Positions 8,359-17,671 of a stretch of DNA of 64,000 nucleotides are shown here, in pieces. This DNA is from an uncultured delta proteobacterium. Its GTDB lineage: Bacteria; Desulfobacterota; Binatia; Binatales; Binataceae. Each line of letters begins with the position of its first letter. Positions within the stretch are counted from its first letter, which is position 1. The stretch lies in assembly GCA_963711565.1 (NCBI GenBank), contig CAVQEQ010000003.1, positions 512,001 to 576,000 on the forward strand. Reading direction: 5' to 3'. The position numbers were made by a program, and so were the translations under genes. A model generated the notes under the pieces. The model was not told the DNA's origin. It did no database searches and saw only the letters and a program-made list of their open reading frames with translations.

Positions 8359-11300
8359 TCACGGACCGGTCCCCGTCATGCTGATGTTATGCGGGCTGTC
8401 CGGATCGCTGCCGACGCTCACCGCGATGCTTGCGCTTTCGGGCGCGCCGCCGGCGGTGGGCGTGAACGTCACCGCTATCGTGCACGACGAGTTCGCCGAC
8501 AGCATCGGGCCGCAGGTGCCGCCGTTCACCGCAAAGTCGCTCGCATTCGGACCGCTGGTGTTGCTCTCACTCACCGATAGCGTGAAGCCCGACAGGTTGG
8601 TAACAGTCAGGTCCTTGGTTTTCGTCGGGACCCTGGCCGTCAGGGTGCCATACGCGAGCGTGGCCGCCGGGGTGACGGTTGCCGGGACCGTCGGGCCGGT
8701 GGTGATCGCGACGATATGCGGGCCGAGTGGATCGGGACTGTCAGTCACCGTGAGAGTCGCCGATTCAGTTCCCAGCGAGCCCGGCACGAAGGTCACTGTG
8801 GTCGTACAGGCCGTTTTGGCGGCGAGCGTCGTGCCGCAGGTACCGCTGATCGAGAAGTCAGAGTGGTTGGCGCCGCTGAAACTTTCGCTGAGGCTCACCG
8901 ACTGGGTTTGATGATTGCTTACGCTGAACGACTGCGTGCCCTTGGCGCCGAACTTCACGTTGCCGAATACCAGGCTGCTCTTCGAGGTCGTCAGATCGAC
9001 GACGCCGGTGCCGGTGAGGGTCACATTCTGCGGGCTAGTGGTGGCGTTGTCGGATAGCGTCAGGGTTGCGGGATGAGCGCCGAGCGCGTCGGGCGTGAAC
9101 GAGACTCCGAGCGTGCACGACGACTTGGGCGCGACCGTGATGGGAAGCGAACCGCAGGTACCGGTGCCGCTGAGGGCATACTCGGAGTCGGACGGGGTCG
9201 CATTTGAGATGACCAACGGATTGGTCTTGCCGGTGTCGTGGATCGTCAGGTTCTTCGTCACCGTCTGCCCGTCGGTAACGTTGCCGAAGGCAAGCGATGC
9301 CGTCACGGTCATCGAGGTAGTCGGAGTCGCGGTCGGCGTCGCGGTGACGGTCGCGGTTGAGGTCGAAGTTGCAGTCGCCGTGGCAGTCGCGGTGGCCGTC
9401 GCAGTGGCCGTTGCGGTCGGCGTGGCGGTTGCGGTCGGCGTTGCCGTCGCGGTGCGCGTGGGCGCGGAGGAAGCGGTTGAAGTCGCGGTCGGAGTGGCCG
9501 GGCTCGGCGTCGCGGTCGGAGTGAGCGGGGCCGGTTGCAGCGCGATTTGGCTGCCGGCCATCGCGGAGGCCGCACTGTTCTGCGTGCAGGTTTGGGCCGG
9601 CGGCGCCTCATTCGACGCTGCGGTTCCGCTATAAGCGATCAGGTTGACGGAGCTGGCGGAGACCAGGCCGGAAGCGCCACTCCCGACAATTTGCGAGTAG
9701 GGCGAGACGGGACCAGACCACGGGTTGGCGCCAGTTCCCCTACGCGCCACGCAGTTGAGGATCAAAGCTTCGTTGCTCTGCGCGAGATTAGAAAGAGCTG
9801 GAACCGAGAGGCTTGTTGCACTCGTGCTGGTGATGCCGACCCCGGTTGGATTGTTCGGATCGATGGGCGCGTCAGGGTTAACCCCGCTGAAACACTGAAT
9901 CCAGCCCGCATAGATGGTGTTGGTCGAACTGCTGAGAGTCCAGGTGAAGTCCTCGGGATCGCTGCCGCCGCCCAGCGACTTGTACCAGTAGAGGTACTCG
10001 GCCGCGCCGGTGACGCCGCTGTTATCGCCGCGGATCGGGGTCCATCCATTGGGAACCGTTTTGACCGTAAGGGTCGTCGCCGCATCCGAGAACTCGGCGA
10101 CACAGATGTCGTCGGCGGCCACGCCGGGAGGAAAGTTCAGAGTAACGTCGGCCGTCGCAGTTGAATCGTAGCTCGTGGTCGCGGCCGGCTGGTCTGGAAC
10201 CGGGGAAGGAACCATTGGGCCCAAGGCGTTCAGGTAACCGGCATTGTCGAGAAAGTAGATGGTGCCGTCGGCGCCGATCGCGGCCGAGGAGTAGTTCACG
10301 CCGTTGCCGTAGTACGCCCACTTTTGGGTGGCTGAGGTGCCGTCGTCAGTTACTGCGATCAAAGTGGGATTGACGGACGCTTGGCCGAGGTAAATGGTGC
10401 CGTCGGCGCCGATCGTTGGCGAAGAATGATAGGTCTCCGACAGTCGCATTTGCCACTTATCGGAACCGTCGGCGTTAAACGCGAGAATATTGTTGTTCGC
10501 GTAGTCGCTGAAGTAGATGGTTCCGTTGGCTCCAACTGCGGGCGAGGAGTATCCATTGGCGCCGGCCGGGTCCGCCCACTTCTCAGCGTATGTGCTGCCG
10601 TTGTCGGTCAGGGCGTAGAGGTTCTCGTCAGGATCATCGGAGGCAAAATAGACCGTGCCGTCCGCGCCGATCGCCGGGGAGGACTGCACCTCGCCTTCGG
10701 TCAGAAACGCCCACTTCTCGGTGGCGCTGGAACCGCTGTCAGTCAGCGCGTAGAGGTTGTCGTCATCGGAGCCGACGTAAATGGTGCCGTCGGCGCCGAT
10801 CGCGGGTGAGGATTCCACTGCGCCGCTGGTCGCGAACGCCCACTTCTTCGTAACGCTGCCTTGACCGCCGTCGGTAAGCGCGTAGACGTTGTCATCGAAG
10901 GAGCCGAAGTAGATCGTGCCGTCGGCGCCGATCGCGGGTGAGGATTCCACTGCACCGCCGGTCGCGAACGTCCACTTTTCCGTAACGCTGCCTTGCCCGC
11001 CATCGGTTAGCGCATACAGCCTGTCGCCGGAGCCCACGTAAATGGTGCCGTCAGCGCCGATCGCCGGTGCAGAGATAAAGACAGAGCCGCCGGTGGAGAA
11101 CACCCACCTTTCGCTGCCGTCGGGATTTACCGCGTAGATATTGCCGTTACCATAGTTGCCGAAGTAGATGGTGCCGTCAGCGCCGATTGACGGCGAGGAG
11201 TACCCTGGGGAGCCCTCACCGGAGGAGAATTGCCATTTGACGTTGGCGCCGATGGCGCTGGTGTTGTACTCGCTCTGGCCGGTGTGGGAGAGATCGTGCT

Positions 11301-11433
11301 GGAATACCGGCCACGCCAACGTCACCAATTGCGCGTGCGTAACGCCCAGCGCCGCAAGCGCAACAAACCCAATCGCCGCCACGCTCAACCACGCAATCGC
11401 GCCGACACGTGTTCTTCCCGATGGTTCCCTCAT
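8359..11433 (-). CDS. Secreted PQQ-like 8-blade beta-propeller protein with Thr/Ala linker and C-terminal ASH (choice-of-anchor D) domains
   Basis: Signal peptide; eight S(S/A)xx(I/V)GA(D/N)GT(I/V)Y repeats; (TA)n linker; three LxFG...TCG...CT..V.F.P Ig-like repeats ending MTGTGP. ATG 11433 follows a GGAGGG RBS. Confidence 0.85.
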   Translation of the reverse strand: MREPSGRTRVGAIAWLSVAAIGFVALAALGVTHAQLVTLAWPVFQHDLSHTGQSEYNTSAIGANVKWQFSSGEGSPGYSSPSIGADGTIYFGNYGNGNIYAVNPDGSERWVFSTGGSVFISAPAIGADGTIYVGSGDRLYALTDGGQGSVTEKWTFATGGAVESSPAIGADGTIYFGSFDDNVYALTDGGQGSVTKKWAFATSGAVESSPAIGADGTIYVGSDDDNLYALTDSGSSATEKWAFLTEGEVQSSPAIGADGTVYFASDDPDENLYALTDNGSTYAEKWADPAGANGYSSPAVGANGTIYFSDYANNNILAFNADGSDKWQMRLSETYHSSPTIGADGTIYLGQASVNPTLIAVTDDGTSATQKWAYYGNGVNYSSAAIGADGTIYFLDNAGYLNALGPMVPSPVPDQPAATTSYDSTATADVTLNFPPGVAADDICVAEFSDAATTLTVKTVPNGWTPIRGDNSGVTGAAEYLYWYKSLGGGSDPEDFTWTLSSSTNTIYAGWIQCFSGVNPDAPIDPNNPTGVGITSTSATSLSVPALSNLAQSNEALILNCVARRGTGANPWSGPVSPYSQIVGSGASGLVSASSVNLIAYSGTAASNEAPPAQTCTQNSAASAMAGSQIALQPAPLTPTATPSPATPTATSTASSAPTRTATATPTATATPTATATATATATATATATSTSTATVTATPTATPTTSMTVTASLAFGNVTDGQTVTKNLTIHDTGKTNPLVISNATPSDSEYALSGTGTCGSLPITVAPKSSCTLGVSFTPDALGAHPATLTLSDNATTSPQNVTLTGTGVVDLTTSKSSLVFGNVKFGAKGTQSFSVSNHQTQSVSLSESFSGANHSDFSISGTCGTTLAAKTACTTTVTFVPGSLGTESATLTVTDSPDPLGPHIVAITTGPTVPATVTPAATLAYGTLTARVPTKTKDLTVTNLSGFTLSVSESNTSGPNASDFAVNGGTCGPMLSANSSCTIAVTFTPTAGGAPESASIAVSVGSDPDSPHNISMTGTGP
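9310..9525 (-). repeat. Low-complexity coding repeat (TP/TA linker)
   Basis: Encodes TPTATPSPATPTATSTASS...TATATATATATATATSTSTAT. Confidence 0.85.
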
Positions 11434-11842
11434 CGCACCCTCCCTGGTTCGAGCGGACACTCAGAACCCTCGAAGGAGCCGCCAAGGTCGCCGCTACGCG
11501 ATCACCCAATACCACAGGCATCACCATCCCCGGAACCGCGCGTCACGATCCACTCCCGTCGAGTGTGATGGGTCACTCCAGCATCGCTTCGAAAAAACGC
11601 AACATCACGCGTTTCCACTTCGCATCGTTCAGAAGCGATACGGGACTGTACCAATCGTGAGCATCCTACCGTTAGACTAATATCCTGTCAATTAGTTTAT
11701 CTAAAAGAAAAATCTGGTCTGCTACCGGCAATTTCAGTGTTGAAGTATCGCAGGCCAGCCCATGGAGCGGCTGGTGTCAGCCTGATGGATGCGCGCCGGG
11801 AAGAAGCGAATCGTGGCGCGCCTGCGAGAGGGGACGCGCGGC

Positions 11843-13672
11843 TCAGGCGGGAGTGAATTGGCGGTCGGAGAGCTTGGGAGCAGTCAGGTCGGTGACACCG
11901 AGCATGAAGCGCCGCAGCGTTAGCTGGTGAGCAGCCGCGAAAGACTCGAGCGAGGCCAGTTGCGCGGCGGAGAGGGTCTCCTGCGCGATTACGATTTCGT
12001 CGAACGGAGTGCGCGCCATGATCCCGTCAATATTGTCGAGCGAGCCCAGCACCGGGTAGCCGTGGAACAGCTTGCCGTGCTTGAAACTGTCGTCGTCGAG
12101 CAGGCCCAGCAGCTCGGTGCCGGCGCCAAGCGTCGCGTGCAGATGTTGAACGGCGGCGGCGCCGCGCGCGTCGGCGCCCACAATCACGAGGCGGCGGCCG
12201 GAATGCGCCAGGAAGCGGAGGATGCGCTGGAACAGATGGAACGACCAGCGCGTGCCGACCAGGAAATTGAACAGCAGCAGAACGAACATCACGGCGGCCG
12301 AGCGCGAAATCACGATCGGCAGAATGTGCGATGCCAGCTTGACGGCAAGCCCCGCGAGCACCGCGGCCAGCGCAAAACGCACACTCTCGGCCAGTCCGGT
12401 GTAGCGCCAGATGCCTCGGTAAACGCCTGCCACCAGGAATGAACCGCAGCCAATCGCGACGATCCACGGCAGGCCCGCAATCATCTGGCTCACCTGGAAT
12501 ATGCTGAGGTCGAAGTCGTAGCGCAGCATCATCGCGCCGAAGTAGGCCGCCGCTACCAGCGCTACATCGAGGATCAATTCGACGAAGCGGCGCTTGTAGC
12601 CGAAGCTCAGGATGACGCGCGCAATCGCGGGCAGGTCCTCGATTTGGCCGGGCGCCTCGGCGTCGAACGAGCGATCCATCAGGAACAGCGCCACCAGCGC
12701 GAAGAACAGGGCCATGAACGGAATCAGCAGGATCGCGTCGTAGCCCGGCACCAGGCTGAGCGCGATCGCGCATCCGCCCGCGATCACCTGAATGCCGATC
12801 AAGGTCATCGCCGCGCTGGTACTCGACATGCCCAGGCGCGTCAGCCGATGATGCGAATGATCGAGGCCGCGGCGCGAGATGGGATTGCCGGTCGCGAGCC
12901 GCGTCACCGTTACGGTCACGGTGTCGAGCAGCGGGACCATCAGCGCCAGCAACGGCATCGCGAGGCGCGCCGGCAGAGACCCCTCGCCGAAACGGCTGCC
13001 TTGAATCGAGAGCACGCCCAGCACGAGCCCGACCGCAAGCGCGCCTTCGTCGCCCATGAAAATGGAAGCCGGCGGAAAATTGAAGATGATGAATCCCCCC
13101 AGCGCGCCGGCGATCGCGAGCGCCGCGACCATCGTGCCGCTGTGCTGATGCAGCCCGGCAACGGTGGCGATGCTCAAGGCCGCGACGATGCCGACTCCCG
13201 CGGCGAGGCCGTCGACGCCGTCGATCAAGTTGAAGGCGTTGGTCGCGGTGACCAGCCAGAAAATCGTCAAAGCGAGGTTGAAGCTCGCGTACGGGAAGAA
13301 GTCGAGATGCGGTCCCCACCATACGAGGACGCAGATGGCGGCCAGCTCGAGCATCAGCTTGTGACGCGGCTTGAGATCGACGATGTCGTCGAGCAATCCA
13401 ACGAGGCACATCGCGACCGCGAAGGCCGCGAGCCATGGGATACTATGGTAGGGCAGGCCTGACAGGATTCCGACGAAACCGATCGCAAAGACGAAGCCGG
13501 CCATCACGGCCAAGCCGCCGAGCAGCGCGGTCGGCTTTTCATGGGGGCGGTCGCTGCTAGGCTGGGCGACGATGCCGAAGCGGACGGAAGCGAGCTTCGC
13601 GACCGGCATCATCGCGATGGCGACAAGGAAAGCGGACAAAAGCGTGAGGACTATTTCAAACTCGATGGTCAA
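11843..13672 (-). CDS. WecA/MraY-family polyprenyl-phosphate sugar-1-phosphate transferase fused to a C-terminal CoA-binding-like domain
   Basis: GLLDD, NAFNLIDGVDGLA, NFPPASIFMGDEG and HSHHRL motifs; C-terminal YRGIWRY...IVGA..G...GLLDDD...PVLG...DEIVIA. Confidence 0.85.
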   Translation of the reverse strand: MTIEFEIVLTLLSAFLVAIAMMPVAKLASVRFGIVAQPSSDRPHEKPTALLGGLAVMAGFVFAIGFVGILSGLPYHSIPWLAAFAVAMCLVGLLDDIVDLKPRHKLMLELAAICVLVWWGPHLDFFPYASFNLALTIFWLVTATNAFNLIDGVDGLAAGVGIVAALSIATVAGLHQHSGTMVAALAIAGALGGFIIFNFPPASIFMGDEGALAVGLVLGVLSIQGSRFGEGSLPARLAMPLLALMVPLLDTVTVTVTRLATGNPISRRGLDHSHHRLTRLGMSSTSAAMTLIGIQVIAGGCAIALSLVPGYDAILLIPFMALFFALVALFLMDRSFDAEAPGQIEDLPAIARVILSFGYKRRFVELILDVALVAAAYFGAMMLRYDFDLSIFQVSQMIAGLPWIVAIGCGSFLVAGVYRGIWRYTGLAESVRFALAAVLAGLAVKLASHILPIVISRSAAVMFVLLLFNFLVGTRWSFHLFQRILRFLAHSGRRLVIVGADARGAAAVQHLHATLGAGTELLGLLDDDSFKHGKLFHGYPVLGSLDNIDGIMARTPFDEIVIAQETLSAAQLASLESFAAAHQLTLRRFMLGVTDLTAPKLSDRQFTPA

Positions 13673-13893
13673 TCTTGCTCTATACGATCAGCTCGGTGTG
13701 TTGGTTGCCATTCAAAGTCTTCCACAGCCCACCGTGGGCAGCTTAGTCGTTCAGCAGGTTAGCGCCGTTTGGAGTTTATAGCTAAACCCTCCCTGCTCGG
13801 GGACGCGAACCGCTGACGATCATGACGAGGCTGAGTGGTCCATCGCCTCGGTGGGGTGAACCTTGGCAGAGGGGTCGGTCTACGTCAAGGCTA

Positions 13894-13924
13894 GCTACAT
13901 CGATTTATGTAGCGTGTACGCTAC
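13894..13924. promoter_or_regulatory. Overlapping palindromes upstream of the WecA-like gene
   Basis: GCTACAT-N6-ATGTAGC (13894-13913) overlaps GTAGCGT-GT-ACGCTAC (13909-13924). Confidence 0.35.
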
Positions 13925-13982
13925 GGGTGGCAGGCGGATGGCGGGCACGGCGGCCCGTCCCACTGATCTCCACAATCAGCGC

Positions 13983-14255
13983 CTACTGCTTCATCACGAG
14001 CACGTTGCCGTCTTTATCCAGTGCTAGGCAATCGACCTGCTGCCCGGAATAGAATGCCCCGCAAATCGACTTGTCCACACCCGGGCATTTGTAAAGGTTC
14101 GGCGCGGTCTGCTCGCATTGCGCGAGATTGAAATGGAGCGCCGTCTGCGCCCTGTTCTCCTGGGCCTGCGAGGGCGAGAAAATGTAGCACCCCGACAGCG
14201 CGATCGCCGCCACCGACACAATCACCGCCGCAACTTTTAGCGAGCTTCCCCTCAT
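13983..14255 (-). CDS. Small Cys-rich lipoprotein, unknown function
   Basis: ATG 14255 after GGAGG; lipobox LSGC; four further Cys residues. Confidence 0.7.
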   Translation of the reverse strand: MRGSSLKVAAVIVSVAAIALSGCYIFSPSQAQENRAQTALHFNLAQCEQTAPNLYKCPGVDKSICGAFYSGQQVDCLALDKDGNVLVMKQ

Positions 14256-14375
14256 AACACTTTCCTCCCACATCTTCATCGTGTGTTCCTCCACCGAGGC
14301 AAGGATTTATATGGATTCGGCGCGCATCACAACTGGGGGAATCGTGATTACGTTTACTGGTCAGGAGTAACGACA

Positions 14376-15419
14376 ATGCGTTCATCTTTGAAACTGGTTT
14401 CGGATGGCGCCGCGCTCGACGGGAGCCGTCCGTTCTCTCATGATTCGTCCGACGATCGTCTGTTCGACGCCTACTCTCGCGCCGTGACGGGCGCCGCCGA
14501 GTCCGTCAGTCCGGCGGTGGTGAATATCGAGGTGGCTCATGCGACTGGACCGCGGAGCAATCCGCACAATCCCGACGCGCCGGCAGGCAGCGGTTCGGGG
14601 TTCATCGTCGCGCCCGACGGCTACATCATTACAAACAGCCACGTCGTCCATCACGCGTCGCGAATCTCGGTCACGCTTTCCGACGGCCGCAAATCGGAAG
14701 CGGAACTAATTGGAGACGATCCGGAAACCGATCTCGCGGTGATTCGAATCAGCGGATCGAACCTGGCGGCGGTGTCTCTCGGCGACTCGCAGGCGATTCG
14801 GGTCGGGGAGCTCGCGATCGCGATTGGAAATCCGTACGGCTTCCAATGCACCGTGACTGCGGGCGTGGTGAGCGCGCTCGGACGATCGTTGCGCGCGGGA
14901 TCTGGGCGCTTGATCGACAACGTGATCCAAACAGACGCGGCACTGAATCCCGGCAACTCGGGCGGACCGCTGGTCAACTCTCGCGGCAAGGTTATCGGCG
15001 TCAATACAGCGATCATCTTGCCGGCGCAGGGAATCTGCTTCGCGATCGCGATCAACAGCGCGAAGCTGGTCGCGGGGCATCTGATCAAGGACGGCAAGAT
15101 CAGCCGCGGCTATATCGGAATCGCGGGGCACAACGTCGAGCTGCCGCGGCGCTTCGTGCGGTTCTATCGGCTGCCGGCGGAAACGGCGGTGCGAGTCGCG
15201 TCGGTCGAGGCGAACAGTCCGGCGGCGGCCGGCGGAATCAAGGAAGGCGACCTGATGATTCGGCTCGGCGACTCGCCGATCGCAGGCATCGACGATTTGC
15301 AGCGGCACCTCACAATGAACCAGGTGGGAGTGCGCACGCCGGTCGCGGTGATTCGCGGGACCGAACAGATGACGCTCGAAGTGGTTCCGGCGGAAGCGGC
15401 GCACAAATCGCGCGAGTGA
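14376..15419 (+). CDS. HtrA/DegP-family serine protease with one PDZ domain
   Basis: GSGSGF, TNSHVV, DLAVI, IQTDAALNPGNSGGPL and a C-terminal PDZ; AGGAG RBS before ATG 14376; no signal peptide evident. Confidence 0.92.
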   Translation: MRSSLKLVSDGAALDGSRPFSHDSSDDRLFDAYSRAVTGAAESVSPAVVNIEVAHATGPRSNPHNPDAPAGSGSGFIVAPDGYIITNSHVVHHASRISVTLSDGRKSEAELIGDDPETDLAVIRISGSNLAAVSLGDSQAIRVGELAIAIGNPYGFQCTVTAGVVSALGRSLRAGSGRLIDNVIQTDAALNPGNSGGPLVNSRGKVIGVNTAIILPAQGICFAIAINSAKLVAGHLIKDGKISRGYIGIAGHNVELPRRFVRFYRLPAETAVRVASVEANSPAAAGGIKEGDLMIRLGDSPIAGIDDLQRHLTMNQVGVRTPVAVIRGTEQMTLEVVPAEAAHKSRE

Positions 15420-15626
15420 GGTCTGCGGCGTTTCGCGCTTTGGCGCCGGCATCGGTGGGAATAATTTTCCTGGCGAGATGCCCAATGCTTTGCGTAACGC
15501 AGTGTGTAACTCAGCATCGCTGGGTGTCGCGTTGCTGGTCCCTGGATTGCTTGATTTGCCACGATGCCGGGCGGGACGCCAGAATGTGAGATGGTTTTAA
15601 GGCAAACTCAAGAGAGTTTGCGTGCT

Positions 15627-15767
15627 ATGAAACTGCACATCGTCAATTATCAGCTGCAGCTCCTGCTGTTGTCCTTGAGAAATCCTGTAGAAAATTCCGA
15701 CACACCGCGGCACGACGATATAGGCTCGAGCTCCCGCAGTGTTCCGGTACGGAAGCCGCGCGACTGA
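15627..15767 (+). CDS. Possible small protein
   Basis: MKLHIVNYQLQLLLLSLRNP...; no family recognised. Only support is a family-A repeat 13 nt after its stop, the position this repeat takes after other genes. Confidence 0.2.
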   Translation: MKLHIVNYQLQLLLLSLRNPVENSDTPRHDDIGSSSRSVPVRKPRD

Positions 15768-15780
15768 GACTTAATATAAT

Positions 15781-15850
15781 GTGAAACCCGCGGTGGGTTT
15801 CACGCTTCCTTCGGCAGGAGTGACCCCTGCACCCGGTGTTAAAAGAAGAG
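15781..15850 (+). repeat. Dispersed double-hairpin repeat family A, copy 2
   Basis: GTGAAACCCGCGGTGGGTTTCACGCTTCCTTCGGCAGGAGTGACCCCTGCACCCGGTGTTAAAAGAAGAG. Confidence 0.85.
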
Positions 15851-15857
15851 CGACGTG

Positions 15858-17564
15858 TTATCCCATCGGGCCCTGGTAGACCTCGGCGAAGCGCATGCCG
15901 AGTTCGCCGGGGATCGCGAGGTTGGCGTCGCGATTCGTTTTCAGGCAGATGACCGCGGGACCGTCGGCGGCCTGCGCATCCTTTAACGCCGCGTCGAGAT
16001 CTTCGATCCTATCGACGTAGAACGATTTGCAGCCGAGGCCCTCGGCGACTTTGTCCCATCGCACTGTGCCCATCTCGGTGCCGAAGGTCTTGCCCCAGAG
16101 GCGGCGTTCGTTCGGCTCTTCCATGGTCCATGAACCTTCGGCGAAGACGATGACCCTGACTTTCAGGCCTTCGCGCGCCGCCGTTTGCATCTCCATGAAG
16201 TTGAAGCCCGCGGCGCCGTCGCCGCTGACGCAAACGACTTCGCGCGAGGGGTTGCCGAGTTTCGCGCCGATCGACGAAGGGATTCCGGTGCCGAGCATCC
16301 CGAGCTCTAGGATGTTCAGGAACGACCGCGGCTTGGTCGATGGAAGAAACCAGAGCGACCACAACGAGGTGTTGCCGCCGTCGGCGACGTAGATACTGTC
16401 GGGGCCGAACACCTTGCCGATTTTTTCGATCGCTTGCGCCGGATGGATTCCCGGTCCGCTCCACTTCGCGACCGAGGCGAAACGCTTCTCGCGCCATTCG
16501 TGAGCGGTCTGCCGATAGCGCGCCATATCTTCGCCGTTTTTGGGCTGGGCGCGTTTCGTCTTGAGCACACGCAGCAAGCCTTCGAGCGCGCTCTTCGCGT
16601 CGGCGACAATCGCGAGTGCGAGCGGGCGCGTGACGCCCATGTTGCGCTGATCAATGTCCACCTGGATGAGTTTCTGATTGGAGGGGTCGCCCCAGTACTT
16701 GTCGTAGGGAATGTCGAGGTTGCCCATCCGCGAGCCGGCGACGAGGATCACGTCGGACTCGCGGCGCGCGAGGTCGGCGGCAATTCCGTAGCCGTAGAGA
16801 AAGTTCGGATGGTCCATCGGCACCGACGAGCGCGCGGCAATCGAACTGATGACCGGACAGTTGAGCAGATCGACGACGGCTAGGAGCGCCTCGTTGGCGC
16901 CGGCGCGATCGACTCCGCCGCCCGAGATCACGAGAGGCCGCTTCGCCGCTATGAGCATCGCGGCGGCCTCTTCGAGCTGCGCCTCCGACGCGCGCGGACC
17001 CGATGCGCGGTATTCATTCGGCTTGAGCACGCGGACTTTGGTGTCGTCGCCCGTCGCGTACATGATGGGCGCGGGAATCTCGATATGAATCGGGCCGGGC
17101 CTGCCGGTCCACATCTCGCGAAACGCAATGCGCATCACTTCGGGGATTCGATCCCACGACAGAATCGGACCGCTCCATTTCACGACGGGCTTGAAGATTT
17201 CGAGCTGGTCCTGTCCCTGGAAGGTCGAGGGCGGCGACGGATAAACGATGCCGAGGCGATGCTGCGCGGTGATGACGACGACGGGCACGCCCTCGTGGCG
17301 CGCGGTGATCACGCCGGGCAGAAGATTCGCGGAGCCGGGGCCTGGATTGCCGAGCACGGCGGCGACCTGGCCGGTCGTCTTGTACAGCCCCTCCGCCATG
17401 TGGACGGCGGCGGCCTCGTGACGGATGGGCACGAGTCGCACGTCGTACTCCGCGAGCTTGGCGAGCAGCGGATCGACCTCGGGACAAGGGAGGCCGAAGA
17501 CGAACTTGACACCCTCGGCAACGAGACATCGCAGCAGCAGTTCGGCACCTGTGATTTCGCTCAT
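15858..17564 (-). CDS. Thiamine pyrophosphate-dependent enzyme (acetolactate synthase-like family)
   Basis: TGAELLLRCL..EGVKFVFG, RHEAAAVHMAEG, GPGSAN and TPP motif SGDGAAGF; GGAGGA RBS before ATG 17564. Confidence 0.9.
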   Translation of the reverse strand: MSEITGAELLLRCLVAEGVKFVFGLPCPEVDPLLAKLAEYDVRLVPIRHEAAAVHMAEGLYKTTGQVAAVLGNPGPGSANLLPGVITARHEGVPVVVITAQHRLGIVYPSPPSTFQGQDQLEIFKPVVKWSGPILSWDRIPEVMRIAFREMWTGRPGPIHIEIPAPIMYATGDDTKVRVLKPNEYRASGPRASEAQLEEAAAMLIAAKRPLVISGGGVDRAGANEALLAVVDLLNCPVISSIAARSSVPMDHPNFLYGYGIAADLARRESDVILVAGSRMGNLDIPYDKYWGDPSNQKLIQVDIDQRNMGVTRPLALAIVADAKSALEGLLRVLKTKRAQPKNGEDMARYRQTAHEWREKRFASVAKWSGPGIHPAQAIEKIGKVFGPDSIYVADGGNTSLWSLWFLPSTKPRSFLNILELGMLGTGIPSSIGAKLGNPSREVVCVSGDGAAGFNFMEMQTAAREGLKVRVIVFAEGSWTMEEPNERRLWGKTFGTEMGTVRWDKVAEGLGCKSFYVDRIEDLDAALKDAQAADGPAVICLKTNRDANLAIPGELGMRFAEVYQGPMG

Positions 17565-17671
17565 AACGTCCTCCGGTGAGACCAATTCGGACACTACGCT
17601 CGCTGCCAAACCGGGAGCAAGCCGCGCGTCGCTGATGGAATCGACGTTCCTCCACCTGCTAGTTTGCGTGC

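Noticed and set aside
9310-11200. Periodic DNA that might be a CRISPR array
   Set aside because: The repeats are in-frame coding repeats (Thr/Ala linker, propeller blades), with no constant repeat and unique spacer pattern and no cas genes.
5447-11433. Prophage interpretation of the tailspike-like and adhesin-like genes
   Set aside because: No capsid, terminase, integrase or lysis genes nearby, and both proteins have signal peptides.
11673-11699. Imperfect inverted repeat TAGACTAAT-N9-ATTAGTTTA
   Set aside because: Single occurrence in an AT-rich stretch with no assignable regulator; too weak to call.
13905-13935. Possible ops/JUMPstart element upstream of polysaccharide genes
   Set aside because: Only GTAGCGT matches; the GGCGGTAG core is absent.
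15600-15625. GGCAAAC hairpin resembling a c-di-GMP-I riboswitch
   Set aside because: Lacks the GAAA loop with GACGCAAAG and the second stem; it is a simple hairpin.
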